Positions 18,451-27,792 of a stretch of DNA of 64,000 bases are shown here, one piece after another; position 1 is the first letter of the stretch; every line of letters begins with the position of its first letter. Below the pieces are notes generated by a model that worked only from the letters and a program-made list of their open reading frames with translations, ran no database searches and was not told where the DNA came from. This stretch comes from a phage. Location of the stretch: the sequence record PZ534515.1; one strand, written 5' to 3'. A program made the translations under genes and the position numbers.

Positions 18451-20817
18451 ATGCGCATGGTAAATGACCACGCAGAAGTGATTAAGAGTTCAACTTCTTT
18501 AGAGACGTCTCAAGCACAGATTACAATGACACCCGAAATGTTCAGCCTTTTAAGTTCTGGTGTATACACCTTTAAAGAAAGGGCAGTTATTCGTGAACTG
18601 TCATGTAACGCAGTAGATGCTCAGAAAGAGGCTGGAAAAGAGAACATTCCGTTCCATGTGCATTTACCTACTCGTTTTGAGCCTTACTTTGAAGTTCGTG
18701 ATTTTGGAACTGGATTGACTCATGATAAAGTTATGAGTTTGTATCTAAACTATGGGGCTTCTACGAAGAATGACTCTAATGACTACATTGGTGCAATGGG
18801 TATCGGCTCAAAATCCCCATTTGCAATTGCTCAGTCATTCACAGTGTCCAGTTATGTTGATGGTGTTGTTAATAAGTACTCTGTTTATCTTGAGAATGGT
18901 ATTCCTCAAGTAACTAAGCTGACCACCAACCCAACAAAAGAACCTAATGGTTTAGCTGTACGTGTAGCAGTTGCTGACCATCGTATCTCAAAGTTCTTTG
19001 AAGAGGCTGGTCACGTATACTCATACTTTGCTGTAAAACCGGAAAGTAATATCGAGTATGACGATGTATTATCAGATATGAATGTCATTGCCCGTGAAGA
19101 AGGTGTTTATGATGCCATGATTCATAAGCAAAGCTGGCGTTCTAGTGGTAACAGGACAGAGTTTAATGTGGTGATGGGTAACATTGCCTACCCTGTTAAC
19201 ATGGAAGCATTACTTGGTGATGATTTCTTTAAAGTCTTGCCAGAATTTTTCCGTAGGAGCGTAGACCTTGTAAACATCTACATGCCTATTGGCTCAGTTG
19301 CTATTGCAGCTTCTCGTGAAGCATTGCAGATGAATGACACGACAAAAAATGTTATCATTGAGGCTACTAAAAAGATAACTGAAGCAATTACAAAGGATGT
19401 TATCAAGAAAGTTAACAGCCAACCTACACTCATGGATGCTGCACAGGCTTATGCTGAGTTACGTTTGAACTCACGAGAGATGTTTAATGCTGTGTGTCCA
19501 AAGCTAGAGTGGGGAGGTGTTAAGCTTGATTCTCTGGAAGAAGAATTACTAAATATTCGTCGTGGAATTATCTATGCAGAAGACGGCTCAGTCATCTATG
19601 AACGTGACGGTAAAGGTAATATTAAGGTTGATAGGAACGGAAACAACATCCCTAAAGTAGATTATCTTTATGACCCAGTTGCTTATGTTAAGTTCAACTC
19701 TTTAGAGAGTAAGATTCGTGCGACATCACTTTCCTACACTCAAGAGGCAAGTATGTTCAATATTTTTGGCGCAATGCGTAAAAGCCAAATTGAACAGTTT
19801 TTGTTTGTTATAAATGACCGTCGCAATAAAAACGGTACTGAGAAGACTGTAGGACGCAATCAAATCTTGCGTGGTGCATGTCGAGACTATGCCAGTGAGT
19901 CAAGTCTGTTTCACAGATACAATGGTATCGTCTTTGTATTCTCTACTGAGAAAGAGTTAGACGACCTAATCAATCTACACAAACTTGATAAAAGCTTGTT
20001 AAAGATTGTAAAGATGTCTGATAAGGAACATCATTATCAGCGTAAAGAAGCTGTAAGAGGTGTTGTAAAACTCTGGAAAGCTGTTCCAGCAGAAGGTGTA
20101 GCTTCCTATAAAGAGGTGTCAGAAGACTTAGACACAATTGAAGAGCCTCAACTTTATATCAAGGCAGTAGGTGATACTGTTGATGGTGAATGTTTTTGCT
20201 CGTCTCCAGAAGATGTAGCTAAGTCAGTTGCCAATGTCATTGAAAAGACAGTCTATGTTTTCCGAAAAGCAAATTGGAAAAAGATACCAGAAGACTGGAT
20301 TGAAGTAGATGAGAAGCTCTTGAACGACAGCTTAACTGATGTTCACTGGATTAATCATAACAGGTATATGACACGTATCTATATGAATGGTGTCCTAGAC
20401 CTTACAAGCAGTTGGATTATTGCCAGAAACTTTACGTTCAATAACAGGAAGATTTCTCGCGGTTATTGCTATTCACGAGATACAAACAAAACTATCTTCT
20501 TAGAAGGTAATGAAGATGCTGTTGAGGCAATGTTTGGTAAAATCCAATACGTTGCTGCACCGTTTGCATACACTTACACTATTAGTCGGTTGCAAACTTT
20601 GAAAGAGTGCCTTGACAATGATACAAAGCTGTACAAGAAAATTAAGAAAGCTGGTGACCGTATGGTCATTAAGGTGACAAACTATCTTTCAAAAAGAAAA
20701 CAAGAAAACTTCTTGCTTTCTCATTTAGATTGGAATAAAGTGTCACCCATCGAAGTGAGTAAGTTCTTAGGCTTTGATGTGAAGTGTGTTCCAGAAGGGA
20801 CTACAATTTACGATTAA
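18451..20817 (+). CDS. rIIA: rIIA-like protein (GHKL-type ATPase fold)
   Basis: N-terminal GHKL boxes: IRELSCNAVDA (N box), RDFGTGL (G1), GAMGIGSKSPF (G2), in the same order as I recall for T4 rIIA. 788 aa. Confidence 0.7.
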   Translation: MRMVNDHAEVIKSSTSLETSQAQITMTPEMFSLLSSGVYTFKERAVIRELSCNAVDAQKEAGKENIPFHVHLPTRFEPYFEVRDFGTGLTHDKVMSLYLNYGASTKNDSNDYIGAMGIGSKSPFAIAQSFTVSSYVDGVVNKYSVYLENGIPQVTKLTTNPTKEPNGLAVRVAVADHRISKFFEEAGHVYSYFAVKPESNIEYDDVLSDMNVIAREEGVYDAMIHKQSWRSSGNRTEFNVVMGNIAYPVNMEALLGDDFFKVLPEFFRRSVDLVNIYMPIGSVAIAASREALQMNDTTKNVIIEATKKITEAITKDVIKKVNSQPTLMDAAQAYAELRLNSREMFNAVCPKLEWGGVKLDSLEEELLNIRRGIIYAEDGSVIYERDGKGNIKVDRNGNNIPKVDYLYDPVAYVKFNSLESKIRATSLSYTQEASMFNIFGAMRKSQIEQFLFVINDRRNKNGTEKTVGRNQILRGACRDYASESSLFHRYNGIVFVFSTEKELDDLINLHKLDKSLLKIVKMSDKEHHYQRKEAVRGVVKLWKAVPAEGVASYKEVSEDLDTIEEPQLYIKAVGDTVDGECFCSSPEDVAKSVANVIEKTVYVFRKANWKKIPEDWIEVDEKLLNDSLTDVHWINHNRYMTRIYMNGVLDLTSSWIIARNFTFNNRKISRGYCYSRDTNKTIFLEGNEDAVEAMFGKIQYVAAPFAYTYTISRLQTLKECLDNDTKLYKKIKKAGDRMVIKVTNYLSKRKQENFLLSHLDWNKVSPIEVSKFLGFDVKCVPEGTTIYD

Positions 20818-20822
20818 AGTGT

Positions 20823-20852
20823 TTGACAAGGGGCTTCAAAGCCCCTTAGAAT
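20823..20852 (+). promoter_or_regulatory. putative promoter with hairpin in spacer (TTGACA ... TAGAAT)
   Basis: TTGACA, an 18-bp spacer containing the ggggcttcaaagcccc hairpin, then TAGAAT. Confidence 0.35.
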
Positions 20853-20896
20853 AGCCTCACAAAATGATTTATTAACTAACAAGAGAGAGTAATAAG

Positions 20897-22006
20897 ATGA
20901 CTACTAAAACTAAAGCACAGATTGACGCAGAAATTTACAAACTGGTTAAAGAAGGTAAGCTGACTAAAACAGCTATTGCACAGAAGTTCAATACTTCAAC
21001 CCGTTCAGTTGGTCGTGCTGTAGAGCGTCATGAAGCAACCTTAAAAGGCAAGAAAAAGGTAGCTTCGACACCAGCTAAGAAGACTTTGAAGCAAGTTGCT
21101 AAGACCTTTAAAAAGAAAGCTGACAAACCAGTTGAAAAGGTCGTTAAAGAGTCTGTACAGAAAGCTCCAGTAAATAAACTGCATGAAGCTATGCAGAAAG
21201 ATGACAAGATTGAATACATGATTACTGGTGACTCTGTAATTATGACTTATGGTTCAGAATCTGAAATTGTTGAGTCTACTCATCCGAACTATCAAGAGAT
21301 TGTAGTTCATGTTGTGAAAGGTGAGTTCAAGAAAGCCTTTGAACTGATGAATATTCGTAAGTCTATCGAAAACTTCACTCAGGGTGCTATCACAATCAAA
21401 GGTGACAAGTTATTCTACGGTGCTGTTGAGATGCGTTCTACTCTGGTTGACCGTATTCTTCACATGATGAAGACTGGGGATAAAGGTTTTGAACGACTTG
21501 TAATGTTCTTCGAAAAACTGATGGAAAATCCATCTAAAGATTCTGTAGAACAACTTTGGGGATTTGTATCTCACCTTGATGTTGAAATTGATGAAGAGGG
21601 TTACATCATTGGTTGGAAGAAAGTCTCTACTCGTGAAGGCAAGCTGGTTGACTCACACACCTACAAAGTGCCTAATGATTTGGGTAACATTGTAGAAATG
21701 CCACGTTGGATGGTTGATAATAACCGTAACGTAACTTGCTCTCAAGGTCTTCATGTTGGTGCTTGGGATTATGTTCGTTGCTTCTCAGGAGATACAATCC
21801 TGAAGGTTCGTGTCCATCCACGAGATGTTGTATCTGTTCCGACTGATTACAACGATATGAAGATGCGTTCATCCCGTTATGAAGTTGCAGCAATCGTTGA
21901 TAATCAACGTAAAGTTCTGAAAGCATGGGATGGTAAGACTGAAGCTTTGCATGTCATCGTTGGTACTGCTGGGGAACTCATCTCTCAACGTAAACGTGAA
22001 ATCTAA
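20897..22006 (+). CDS. rIIB: rIIB-like protein
   Basis: Position immediately downstream of the rIIA-like gene and size (369 aa). No motif-level support. Confidence 0.4.
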   Translation: MTTKTKAQIDAEIYKLVKEGKLTKTAIAQKFNTSTRSVGRAVERHEATLKGKKKVASTPAKKTLKQVAKTFKKKADKPVEKVVKESVQKAPVNKLHEAMQKDDKIEYMITGDSVIMTYGSESEIVESTHPNYQEIVVHVVKGEFKKAFELMNIRKSIENFTQGAITIKGDKLFYGAVEMRSTLVDRILHMMKTGDKGFERLVMFFEKLMENPSKDSVEQLWGFVSHLDVEIDEEGYIIGWKKVSTREGKLVDSHTYKVPNDLGNIVEMPRWMVDNNRNVTCSQGLHVGAWDYVRCFSGDTILKVRVHPRDVVSVPTDYNDMKMRSSRYEVAAIVDNQRKVLKAWDGKTEALHVIVGTAGELISQRKREI

Positions 22007-22021
22007 TAAGTAATTTCTTAA

Positions 22022-22047
22022 AAGGCTGCTTCGGCGGCCTTTTTTAT
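22022..22047 (+). terminator. rho-independent terminator
   Basis: GC-rich hairpin (ggctgc-ttcg-gcggcc) followed by TTTTTTATTT. Confidence 0.6.
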
Positions 22048-22106
22048 TTGTATTTTGTGCAGAGTGCTGTATAATTGTGGTCACGATAAACTAAACAGGA
22101 GAACCA

Positions 22107-22655
22107 ATGAAGAAGTTGATTCTAGGTTTGTGCTTAATGTTTACAGCACACTTATCTTATGCAGTTGACTGCCCAGAGCTATCAATTAGCCAAAAAGTAA
22201 ACATGTTAAAAGCTTACCAGTATGGTGAGAATAATATGGGTAAAGGTTGGGGTATCACTCTAGCTGCTATAGCCTTACAAGAGTCAGAGTTAGGTCTGAA
22301 TGTAGAGAATAAAAAGACACATGATTATGGTATCTTCCAGAATCACTTGAAGACTGTTGTAAAGCGTAACAAAATCAGTCCTAATGTGGCTAAAAAGAAA
22401 CTCTTAAAAGATTTTGACTATGCTGCAAAGGAAACACACAAAGAGCTTGAGTTTTGGACGAAGGTACATGGTCAACCAAAGTCAAAGAAGACTTTACAAA
22501 AAGTTTTAGCATCATATAATGCTGGGTATTCGTACAAAATTCCTAAAGCTAAGAAATACTCTCAAGATGTCTATAACAATATGAAAGTCATCGCTCAATG
22601 TGAATTTGCAACAAACATTTCTAAGGTAAATCATGAAAAAATTAAGAAAGTCTGA
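22107..22655 (+). CDS. secreted lytic transglycosylase (SLT domain)
   Basis: N-terminal signal peptide MKKLILGLCLMFTAHLSYA. SLT-type motifs: E-S (QESELG), GIFQ, ASYNAG. Confidence 0.6.
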   Translation: MKKLILGLCLMFTAHLSYAVDCPELSISQKVNMLKAYQYGENNMGKGWGITLAAIALQESELGLNVENKKTHDYGIFQNHLKTVVKRNKISPNVAKKKLLKDFDYAAKETHKELEFWTKVHGQPKSKKTLQKVLASYNAGYSYKIPKAKKYSQDVYNNMKVIAQCEFATNISKVNHEKIKKV

Positions 22656-23328
22656 TGAAGTACTGTGTCATGCTTACGACTTGCATCCTCATGAGTTAGG
22701 TCTTGATTCCTGTATATGGACTCCAGAACAGTGCAGGGATTTTGAAGACACTGCAAGAGAAGTTGTATGTTCACTTGAAGAGTTCCACACGTCAGAACCA
22801 GTTGTGAACGTTGTGGACAAAGAGACTGGACAATCTCTAGGTGTAAGACGTGACAGTTTAGTCATAGTCAATAAAGACCTTGTAGAAAAAGGTAACCTCA
22901 TCTTAGCAGATATTGATGGTGTTCTTACAAATTTTAATCACGAAGATTGCTCAACGGAATTGACTGATGGGTCATTCTCACAGTACACTAATCTTCTTGA
23001 CTCTGTAAGAGCAAAACCAACGTATGTTTTTAGTATTATTGATGCAATTGCTAATCATGCTGCCATTGGACTCTTGACAGCGAGAGGTGAATCTCAGAGA
23101 ATACCTACTGAGATGTTTTTAAGGCATAACATAGAGCACGATTACATGCTTTTTATGCGTGGTTTTGGAACTAACTCTATAAATGCAGAAAGTTTGAAAG
23201 TTAGGATGATTCAGTCTTGCATTCTTCCTTACTTTGATATAGTATGTTTTATAGAAGATACAGAGAATAATGTTCAGAAGGTAAACAGAATCCTTCCGCA
23301 CATTAAAACTATGTTAGTAAAACATTGA
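22633..23328 (+). CDS. HAD-superfamily hydrolase-like protein
   Basis: ILADIDGVLTN fits HAD motif I (DxDG); GLLTARGE is a candidate motif II. Confidence 0.4.
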   Translation: MKKLRKSDEVLCHAYDLHPHELGLDSCIWTPEQCRDFEDTAREVVCSLEEFHTSEPVVNVVDKETGQSLGVRRDSLVIVNKDLVEKGNLILADIDGVLTNFNHEDCSTELTDGSFSQYTNLLDSVRAKPTYVFSIIDAIANHAAIGLLTARGESQRIPTEMFLRHNIEHDYMLFMRGFGTNSINAESLKVRMIQSCILPYFDIVCFIEDTENNVQKVNRILPHIKTMLVKH

Positions 23329-23338
23329 GAGAAAACTT

Positions 23339-23803
23339 ATGAACAATATCATTACGGTAGCACTGGACGTTACGGCAAACAAATCTGAAGTAGTTCGTAA
23401 CATTATCAAAAGCAACTTTGAGGGTAAAATCTTCCGTGCTGTCAATGTAAAAGCAGATGGTAACATCCGAGAATACCGTGCTCTTCTGAATGTTAAGAAA
23501 CACGTCAAAGGTGCTGGTTCAACGACTGCACACAAAGAAAACCTGATAACTATCTATGATATGGGTATGGCTTCAGAGTTAGGTGCTGAAGGTATCGTTA
23601 AAGAAGGTGCTCCGTATCGCTCTTTCAATCTGGAAACTGCTCTTATGCTTTCCTTTACAAGTGGTTCTAAAACAACTACTTATCTCTTTACTGATGCTGC
23701 AACGGTATCTGCTATCAAGGATAGCACCGTCAAAGCTGGGGTAGCTGCTGCTGCAAAAGCTTCTTCGATGGCTGCAAATGTCCTTGCTAAAGTCCTCGGT
23801 TAA
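23339..23803 (+). CDS. hypothetical protein
   Basis: ATG with purine-rich upstream region; Ala-rich C-terminus. Confidence 0.5.
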   Translation: MNNIITVALDVTANKSEVVRNIIKSNFEGKIFRAVNVKADGNIREYRALLNVKKHVKGAGSTTAHKENLITIYDMGMASELGAEGIVKEGAPYRSFNLETALMLSFTSGSKTTTYLFTDAATVSAIKDSTVKAGVAAAAKASSMAANVLAKVLG

Positions 23804-23814
23804 GGTTAAGATAC

Positions 23815-23840
23815 AGGCTCCTTCGGGAGCCTTTTTCATT
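23815..23840 (+). terminator. rho-independent terminator
   Basis: ggctcc-ttcg-ggagcc hairpin followed by TTTTTC. Confidence 0.6.
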
Positions 23841-23855
23841 TCAGGAGATTGTTAA

Positions 23856-24203
23856 ATGACATTTAAAGAGTTCTGTCAAGCTACTTTTATAATTGTTTTC
23901 TTAGTTGGGGCAGGTGTCTGGGGAGGATACTCTTACAGAGACTATCAAGTTGCTGAAGCTGAGCTAAACAATGAGAAACTAATAAGTGTTGCTAAAGATG
24001 CTTATCAGGAAGGTTTAGCCACACTCAGCACCAATTACAAAAATGATTTGAAAGATGTGCTTGCTAAGAATAAGCATACAAAAGAGGTACTAACATATGA
24101 AAAAACTAAGCCAGAGTTTTATAATGTTTGTGTTACTGATAATTATGTCAGGGTGTTCAACGAACAAAGTGAACAGTACATTCAAAAACTCCCAAGTAAG
24201 TGA
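23856..24203 (+). CDS. i-spanin-like protein (N-terminal TM, periplasmic coiled coil)
   Basis: AGGAG upstream. N-terminal TM helix FIIVFLVGAGVWGGY. The 3' end overlaps the next lipoprotein ORF in another frame. Confidence 0.4.
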   Translation: MTFKEFCQATFIIVFLVGAGVWGGYSYRDYQVAEAELNNEKLISVAKDAYQEGLATLSTNYKNDLKDVLAKNKHTKEVLTYEKTKPEFYNVCVTDNYVRVFNEQSEQYIQKLPSK

Positions 24204-24366
24204 GAGTGACAAGTACACTCAAGAAGAGTCAAGATTCACTGTCAAAGGTAATACTGGTAGTGATGTGGCAGCAGCCCTTGAGTTTTATCGTGATGGTTTT
24301 TACCAGTGCACAATCAAAGCTAATAACCTTATTGATATGATTTTATTAGGAAACAAACAGCAATGA
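24097..24366 (+). CDS. o-spanin-like outer-membrane lipoprotein
   Basis: Signal peptide with lipobox (LLIIMSGC). Start is embedded in the 3' end of the preceding gene in a different frame, the classic spanin arrangement. Confidence 0.4.
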   Translation: MKKLSQSFIMFVLLIIMSGCSTNKVNSTFKNSQVSESDKYTQEESRFTVKGNTGSDVAAALEFYRDGFYQCTIKANNLIDMILLGNKQQ

Positions 24367-24632
24367 CAGAGAATGAAGATACGTTCTATGTAGAAGGGTA
24401 CTTACTGCTACCACGACCAAAAGAAACTTATATGCGGGTTGATTTCTCACCAACCATTATGGATAATGTGATGTGTCATATCTTTATGCAAGGTGTCACA
24501 GCACAACTTAAGCATGTTGGTAAAGAGTGCAAAATAAAGGTTGACACTCATCCAGAAATCAAAGAGAATCACTACACATGGTTCTTACCAGACTCTAAAG
24601 AAATCTTAGCAGTTCTTAAAACGAGGAAGTAA
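24363..24632 (+). CDS. hypothetical protein
   Basis: ATG overlapping the preceding stop. Confidence 0.45.
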   Translation: MTENEDTFYVEGYLLLPRPKETYMRVDFSPTIMDNVMCHIFMQGVTAQLKHVGKECKIKVDTHPEIKENHYTWFLPDSKEILAVLKTRK

Positions 24633-24634
24633 CT

Positions 24635-24961
24635 ATGCAGATTAATGGAAGAGACTTTGTAGCCGTTTACTACGAGAAAGATAAAGAAGTTGGAGTAGCA
24701 CAAGTATCTTATGGTAATGGTAAGTGGCTATATGGAACAATCGCAGTAGTCGGAACAAGAAGTGATACAAAAACTTTTAAAGATTGTGTTGACCTTCTTG
24801 AAGAATCCATCCACAATCATTGGTGTCTGATATGGATGACTGACAACGAAGTGATAGAACGCTTCAAAAAGATTGGTATCAACATTGATAGCATTGAGCA
24901 TGTTGATTTATACGAGCTAACTGAGAAGGTAAACTATGAGAGTAATACTAGCCAGAGATAA
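24635..24961 (+). CDS. hypothetical protein
   Basis: ATG 3 nt after the preceding stop. Confidence 0.45.
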   Translation: MQINGRDFVAVYYEKDKEVGVAQVSYGNGKWLYGTIAVVGTRSDTKTFKDCVDLLEESIHNHWCLIWMTDNEVIERFKKIGINIDSIEHVDLYELTEKVNYESNTSQR

Positions 24962-25163
24962 AAAGACACGGAAACTTATCAGGTCAGCAGTGTTCATTGG
25001 ACGAAATGAGGTCATACCATTTACAGCAAATGATGTGATAGCTTACCGGAAGAACTTAGTATTCACTGACTGTTTACGTGGCTTCATCTCTGAACCATTG
25101 GAAGACTTTAAAAGTCGCTGTGGTAAAGGTATCATCATTCAAGAGGCAATTATTCATGGCTGA
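24936..25163 (+). CDS. hypothetical protein
   Basis: ATG with GAGAAGG upstream. Confidence 0.4.
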   Translation: MRVILARDKKTRKLIRSAVFIGRNEVIPFTANDVIAYRKNLVFTDCLRGFISEPLEDFKSRCGKGIIIQEAIIHG

Positions 25164-25356
25164 CTTCTGCAAAGACTGTGCTATCGAAATGTTCGGACGT
25201 GATACAGGTGACTTAAAAGGTCTTATCACTGAAGATGACTTTAAAGCTGGCTATGCAATGCCAGTAATCTGTGAAGGTTGTGGATGTATCTGGGTAGACC
25301 ACGAAGGACAACGTGTAAAACCTTCAGAAGATAAAGAATCTTGGGAGAGATGCTAA
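25156..25356 (+). CDS. small Cys-rich protein (C-x-x-C ... C-x-x-C)
   Basis: In-frame ATG with AAGAGG upstream; CKDC ... CEGCGC. Confidence 0.35.
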   Translation: MADFCKDCAIEMFGRDTGDLKGLITEDDFKAGYAMPVICEGCGCIWVDHEGQRVKPSEDKESWERC

Positions 25357-26142
25357 ATGGGTATTGTAAAAATCATCAATGGGGATATCTTCTCCGCATT
25401 TGATAAAGGTAAGTTTGATATCATTGGTCACGGTTGCAACTGTATGAACTTAATGGGTGCGGGTATCGCTGACAAGATTTCTAAACTTTACCCAAAAGCA
25501 TATGAGACCGATACAGAAGTTTATCTGTATACAGGTGGTATAGGCCACAAACCCTGTGAAAATTTACTAGGCAACTTCTCTGTAGCACGTTTAAAACAAG
25601 GCCGTATAGCTAACCTTTACACTCAGCTTCACACTGGTAAAGATGCCAGATACAGTGCTTTAGAGTCATCTCTGAAACAGCTTAACAGATACTGTGAAGT
25701 TAATCAGTTGAAGAAAGTTGGTTTACCTATGATTGGTGCAGGTATCGGTGGACTTGACCCTCAAGCCGTCACCGTTATCATTAATCAGGTGATGAAGAGT
25801 GTAGATGTCTATCTATATGTCTACGAAGGAGAGATGTACCACAAGTTACGCTCAGGTTGGAAGAACTACTGTGAACCAGAATACTTTGCAGGTGTAGTAG
25901 TGTTCACAGATAACACAGTTACCCTCTTCAGACGAAGAAAAGGTAAGGTACATCAAAGTAACCCTCCGGTTGAAAAGATGTCTCTAAGTAACGCTCTAGT
26001 TACCCACCTGTCGAAGAGCAATCACAGAATTGCAGTAACATTTGGCAGTGATGCAGATACATATATCTATGCAAGAAATGATGAGGATGTTGAGGAAATT
26101 TTCTCTTCACCGGAAGTTACCTTCTTAGACGCAAAGAACTAA
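25357..26142 (+). CDS. macrodomain protein (ADP-ribose binding/processing) with C-terminal extension
   Basis: IINGDIFS ... FDIIGHGCNCMNLMGAGIA matches the macrodomain N-terminal signature; later GLPMIGAGIGGLDP. About 100 aa of C-terminal extension has unknown fold. Confidence 0.65.
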   Translation: MGIVKIINGDIFSAFDKGKFDIIGHGCNCMNLMGAGIADKISKLYPKAYETDTEVYLYTGGIGHKPCENLLGNFSVARLKQGRIANLYTQLHTGKDARYSALESSLKQLNRYCEVNQLKKVGLPMIGAGIGGLDPQAVTVIINQVMKSVDVYLYVYEGEMYHKLRSGWKNYCEPEYFAGVVVFTDNTVTLFRRRKGKVHQSNPPVEKMSLSNALVTHLSKSNHRIAVTFGSDADTYIYARNDEDVEEIFSSPEVTFLDAKN

Positions 26143-26207
26143 GAAACTCTGTAGAATATTCACAATAGACTAAGCCTTTCTTATCTGGTAAATTTTCAGG
26201 TAAGGAG

Positions 26208-26408
26208 GGCTTTTTCATTTTAGAATTGTGCAGGTAGAGTTCTGTAGAGAAATCTGTAGAGAGAATTTTGAACTCCAAAGAGAAAATTTATTTTCAAACT
26301 GTGCAGGTAATCTCCAAAGAGCTTTTTCATTTTCAAAACGTGCAGAACCCACTCAGGTCGGGCAAGAAAAATCATTTTAGAATTGTGCAGGTAGGTGGGT
26401 GCAGGTGG
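26208..26408 (+). repeat. four direct repeats, consensus ttt-CATTTT-N2-AA-N2-GTGCAGGTA
   Basis: Copies at about 26208-26237, 26283-26311, 26320-26348 and 26367-26408 (the last with a duplicated GTGCAGGTgg tail), in a non-coding interval after the macrodomain gene. Confidence 0.6.
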
Positions 26409-26569
26409 GAATGTCGCCATTTCTCACAAGGCTACCACATCTGGAAATAAAAGTCAACAGAAAAATTTGTAGCGGATTGAAAAATAATTATTGATTGTAG
26501 TTCTGTTTTGTGGTAGTCGCGCGCACCCGTTTCATTACAATTCTTGCAAAAATATTTTTAAAATTCCTA

Positions 26570-26598
26570 TTGACTCTTTGAGTATGGTTATCTAATAT
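26570..26598 (+). promoter_or_regulatory. sigma70-like promoter (TTGACT-17 bp-TAATAT)
   Basis: Hexamers with 17 bp spacer, upstream of the first gene of the small-gene array. Confidence 0.5.
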
Positions 26599-26647
26599 TT
26601 GCATCAGACGGGCAAGCAAGCCCACTTCCTAAACTGGAGAATCCAAA

Positions 26648-26854
26648 ATGATGTACAGTCGCGAATTGATGGTTACAACCAACGTTAACACAAAGGCAAA
26701 ACGTTTTTATATGCAAGTGTGCGGCGCATGGCGTAGAATATCAGAAGCTGATTATTGCAACTATGTAGAAACGGCAATTAACTCTAATTGCTACCTAACA
26801 AAGAATACAAAGCGACATATAAAACAGACAGCGGTTTACTATTACGATATATAA
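26648..26854 (+). CDS. hypothetical small protein (array gene 1)
   Basis: ATG with GGAG upstream; followed by a type A module. Confidence 0.45.
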   Translation: MMYSRELMVTTNVNTKAKRFYMQVCGAWRRISEADYCNYVETAINSNCYLTKNTKRHIKQTAVYYYDI

Positions 26855-26942
26855 AAAGTACTTTACAAGGGGCTTAAAAGTTGATATCTTAAGCCCCAGA
26901 TAAAGAGCTTTACTAACTTACCTTAAACTAGGAGATTCTAAA

Positions 26943-27323
26943 ATGGCTTATCGTGCACCGAAATTCATCAATAAAGACAACTTCCGCAACGCACTGGAGA
27001 AGTCACTTGATGAAAAATTTAACGGTAAATTGATTATTGTTCACGCATTCAATTTTAAGTATGATATTAATGGGAATAAAATCAACCATTACACGGCAAC
27101 CATGATAGATGGTACACTATCAAGTGAAAAAGCCGTACTGAATGCACTTGCTGGACGCGGTAAAAACCTGATAAAATGTGATAAGCGACGTTATCAGGGT
27201 GGCGCATATGGTTATGATGATGCTGTTTACCATCTTGAAAACATGGGCTATTCAGTGGAAAAAGCTGGAGTGTCTCAAATAATCGGCAGTGACGGCTATG
27301 TGACAATTTTCAAAATTAACTAA
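26943..27323 (+). CDS. hypothetical protein (array gene 2)
   Basis: Conserved leader taaactaggagattctaaaATG. Confidence 0.5.
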   Translation: MAYRAPKFINKDNFRNALEKSLDEKFNGKLIIVHAFNFKYDINGNKINHYTATMIDGTLSSEKAVLNALAGRGKNLIKCDKRRYQGGAYGYDDAVYHLENMGYSVEKAGVSQIIGSDGYVTIFKIN

Positions 27324-27411
27324 TAAAGTACTTTACAGGGGGCTTATAGTTCGATAAAGTAAGCCCCAGATAAAGAGCTTTACCACTAAATCCTAAATTG
27401 GAGATTCAAAA

Positions 27412-27702
27412 ATGGCTATTATTAAAAACGTTGTAATTCCTGCAAAAACTCGTGATGACGCTCGCATCATGGCGAAAAAGTTAGGCGGGAAAGTGGTTGA
27501 CAACGGAAAACAAACTGCTGTAAGGTGGAACGTGAAGGCGGATAAACAAATGAATTTAAAAAATTCACCAATAAACTTTTTTACATGTGTAAACACTATC
27601 GGGAAAACGAATGTATACACTAAAAAGGCATATATCAGACGCATCGCCATGACGTCACCTATTCGCACAATGAGAAGTCATGCAAAGCTGAAAATTAAGT
27701 AA
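27412..27702 (+). CDS. hypothetical basic protein (array gene 3)
   Basis: Conserved leader; Lys/Arg-rich product. Confidence 0.5.
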   Translation: MAIIKNVVIPAKTRDDARIMAKKLGGKVVDNGKQTAVRWNVKADKQMNLKNSPINFFTCVNTIGKTNVYTKKAYIRRIAMTSPIRTMRSHAKLKIK

Positions 27703-27792
27703 TAGAGTACTTTACAGGGGGCTTAAAAGCTGATATCTTAAGCCCCAGATAAAGAGCTTTACCACTCAATCCTTAAACTAGGAGATTCAAAA

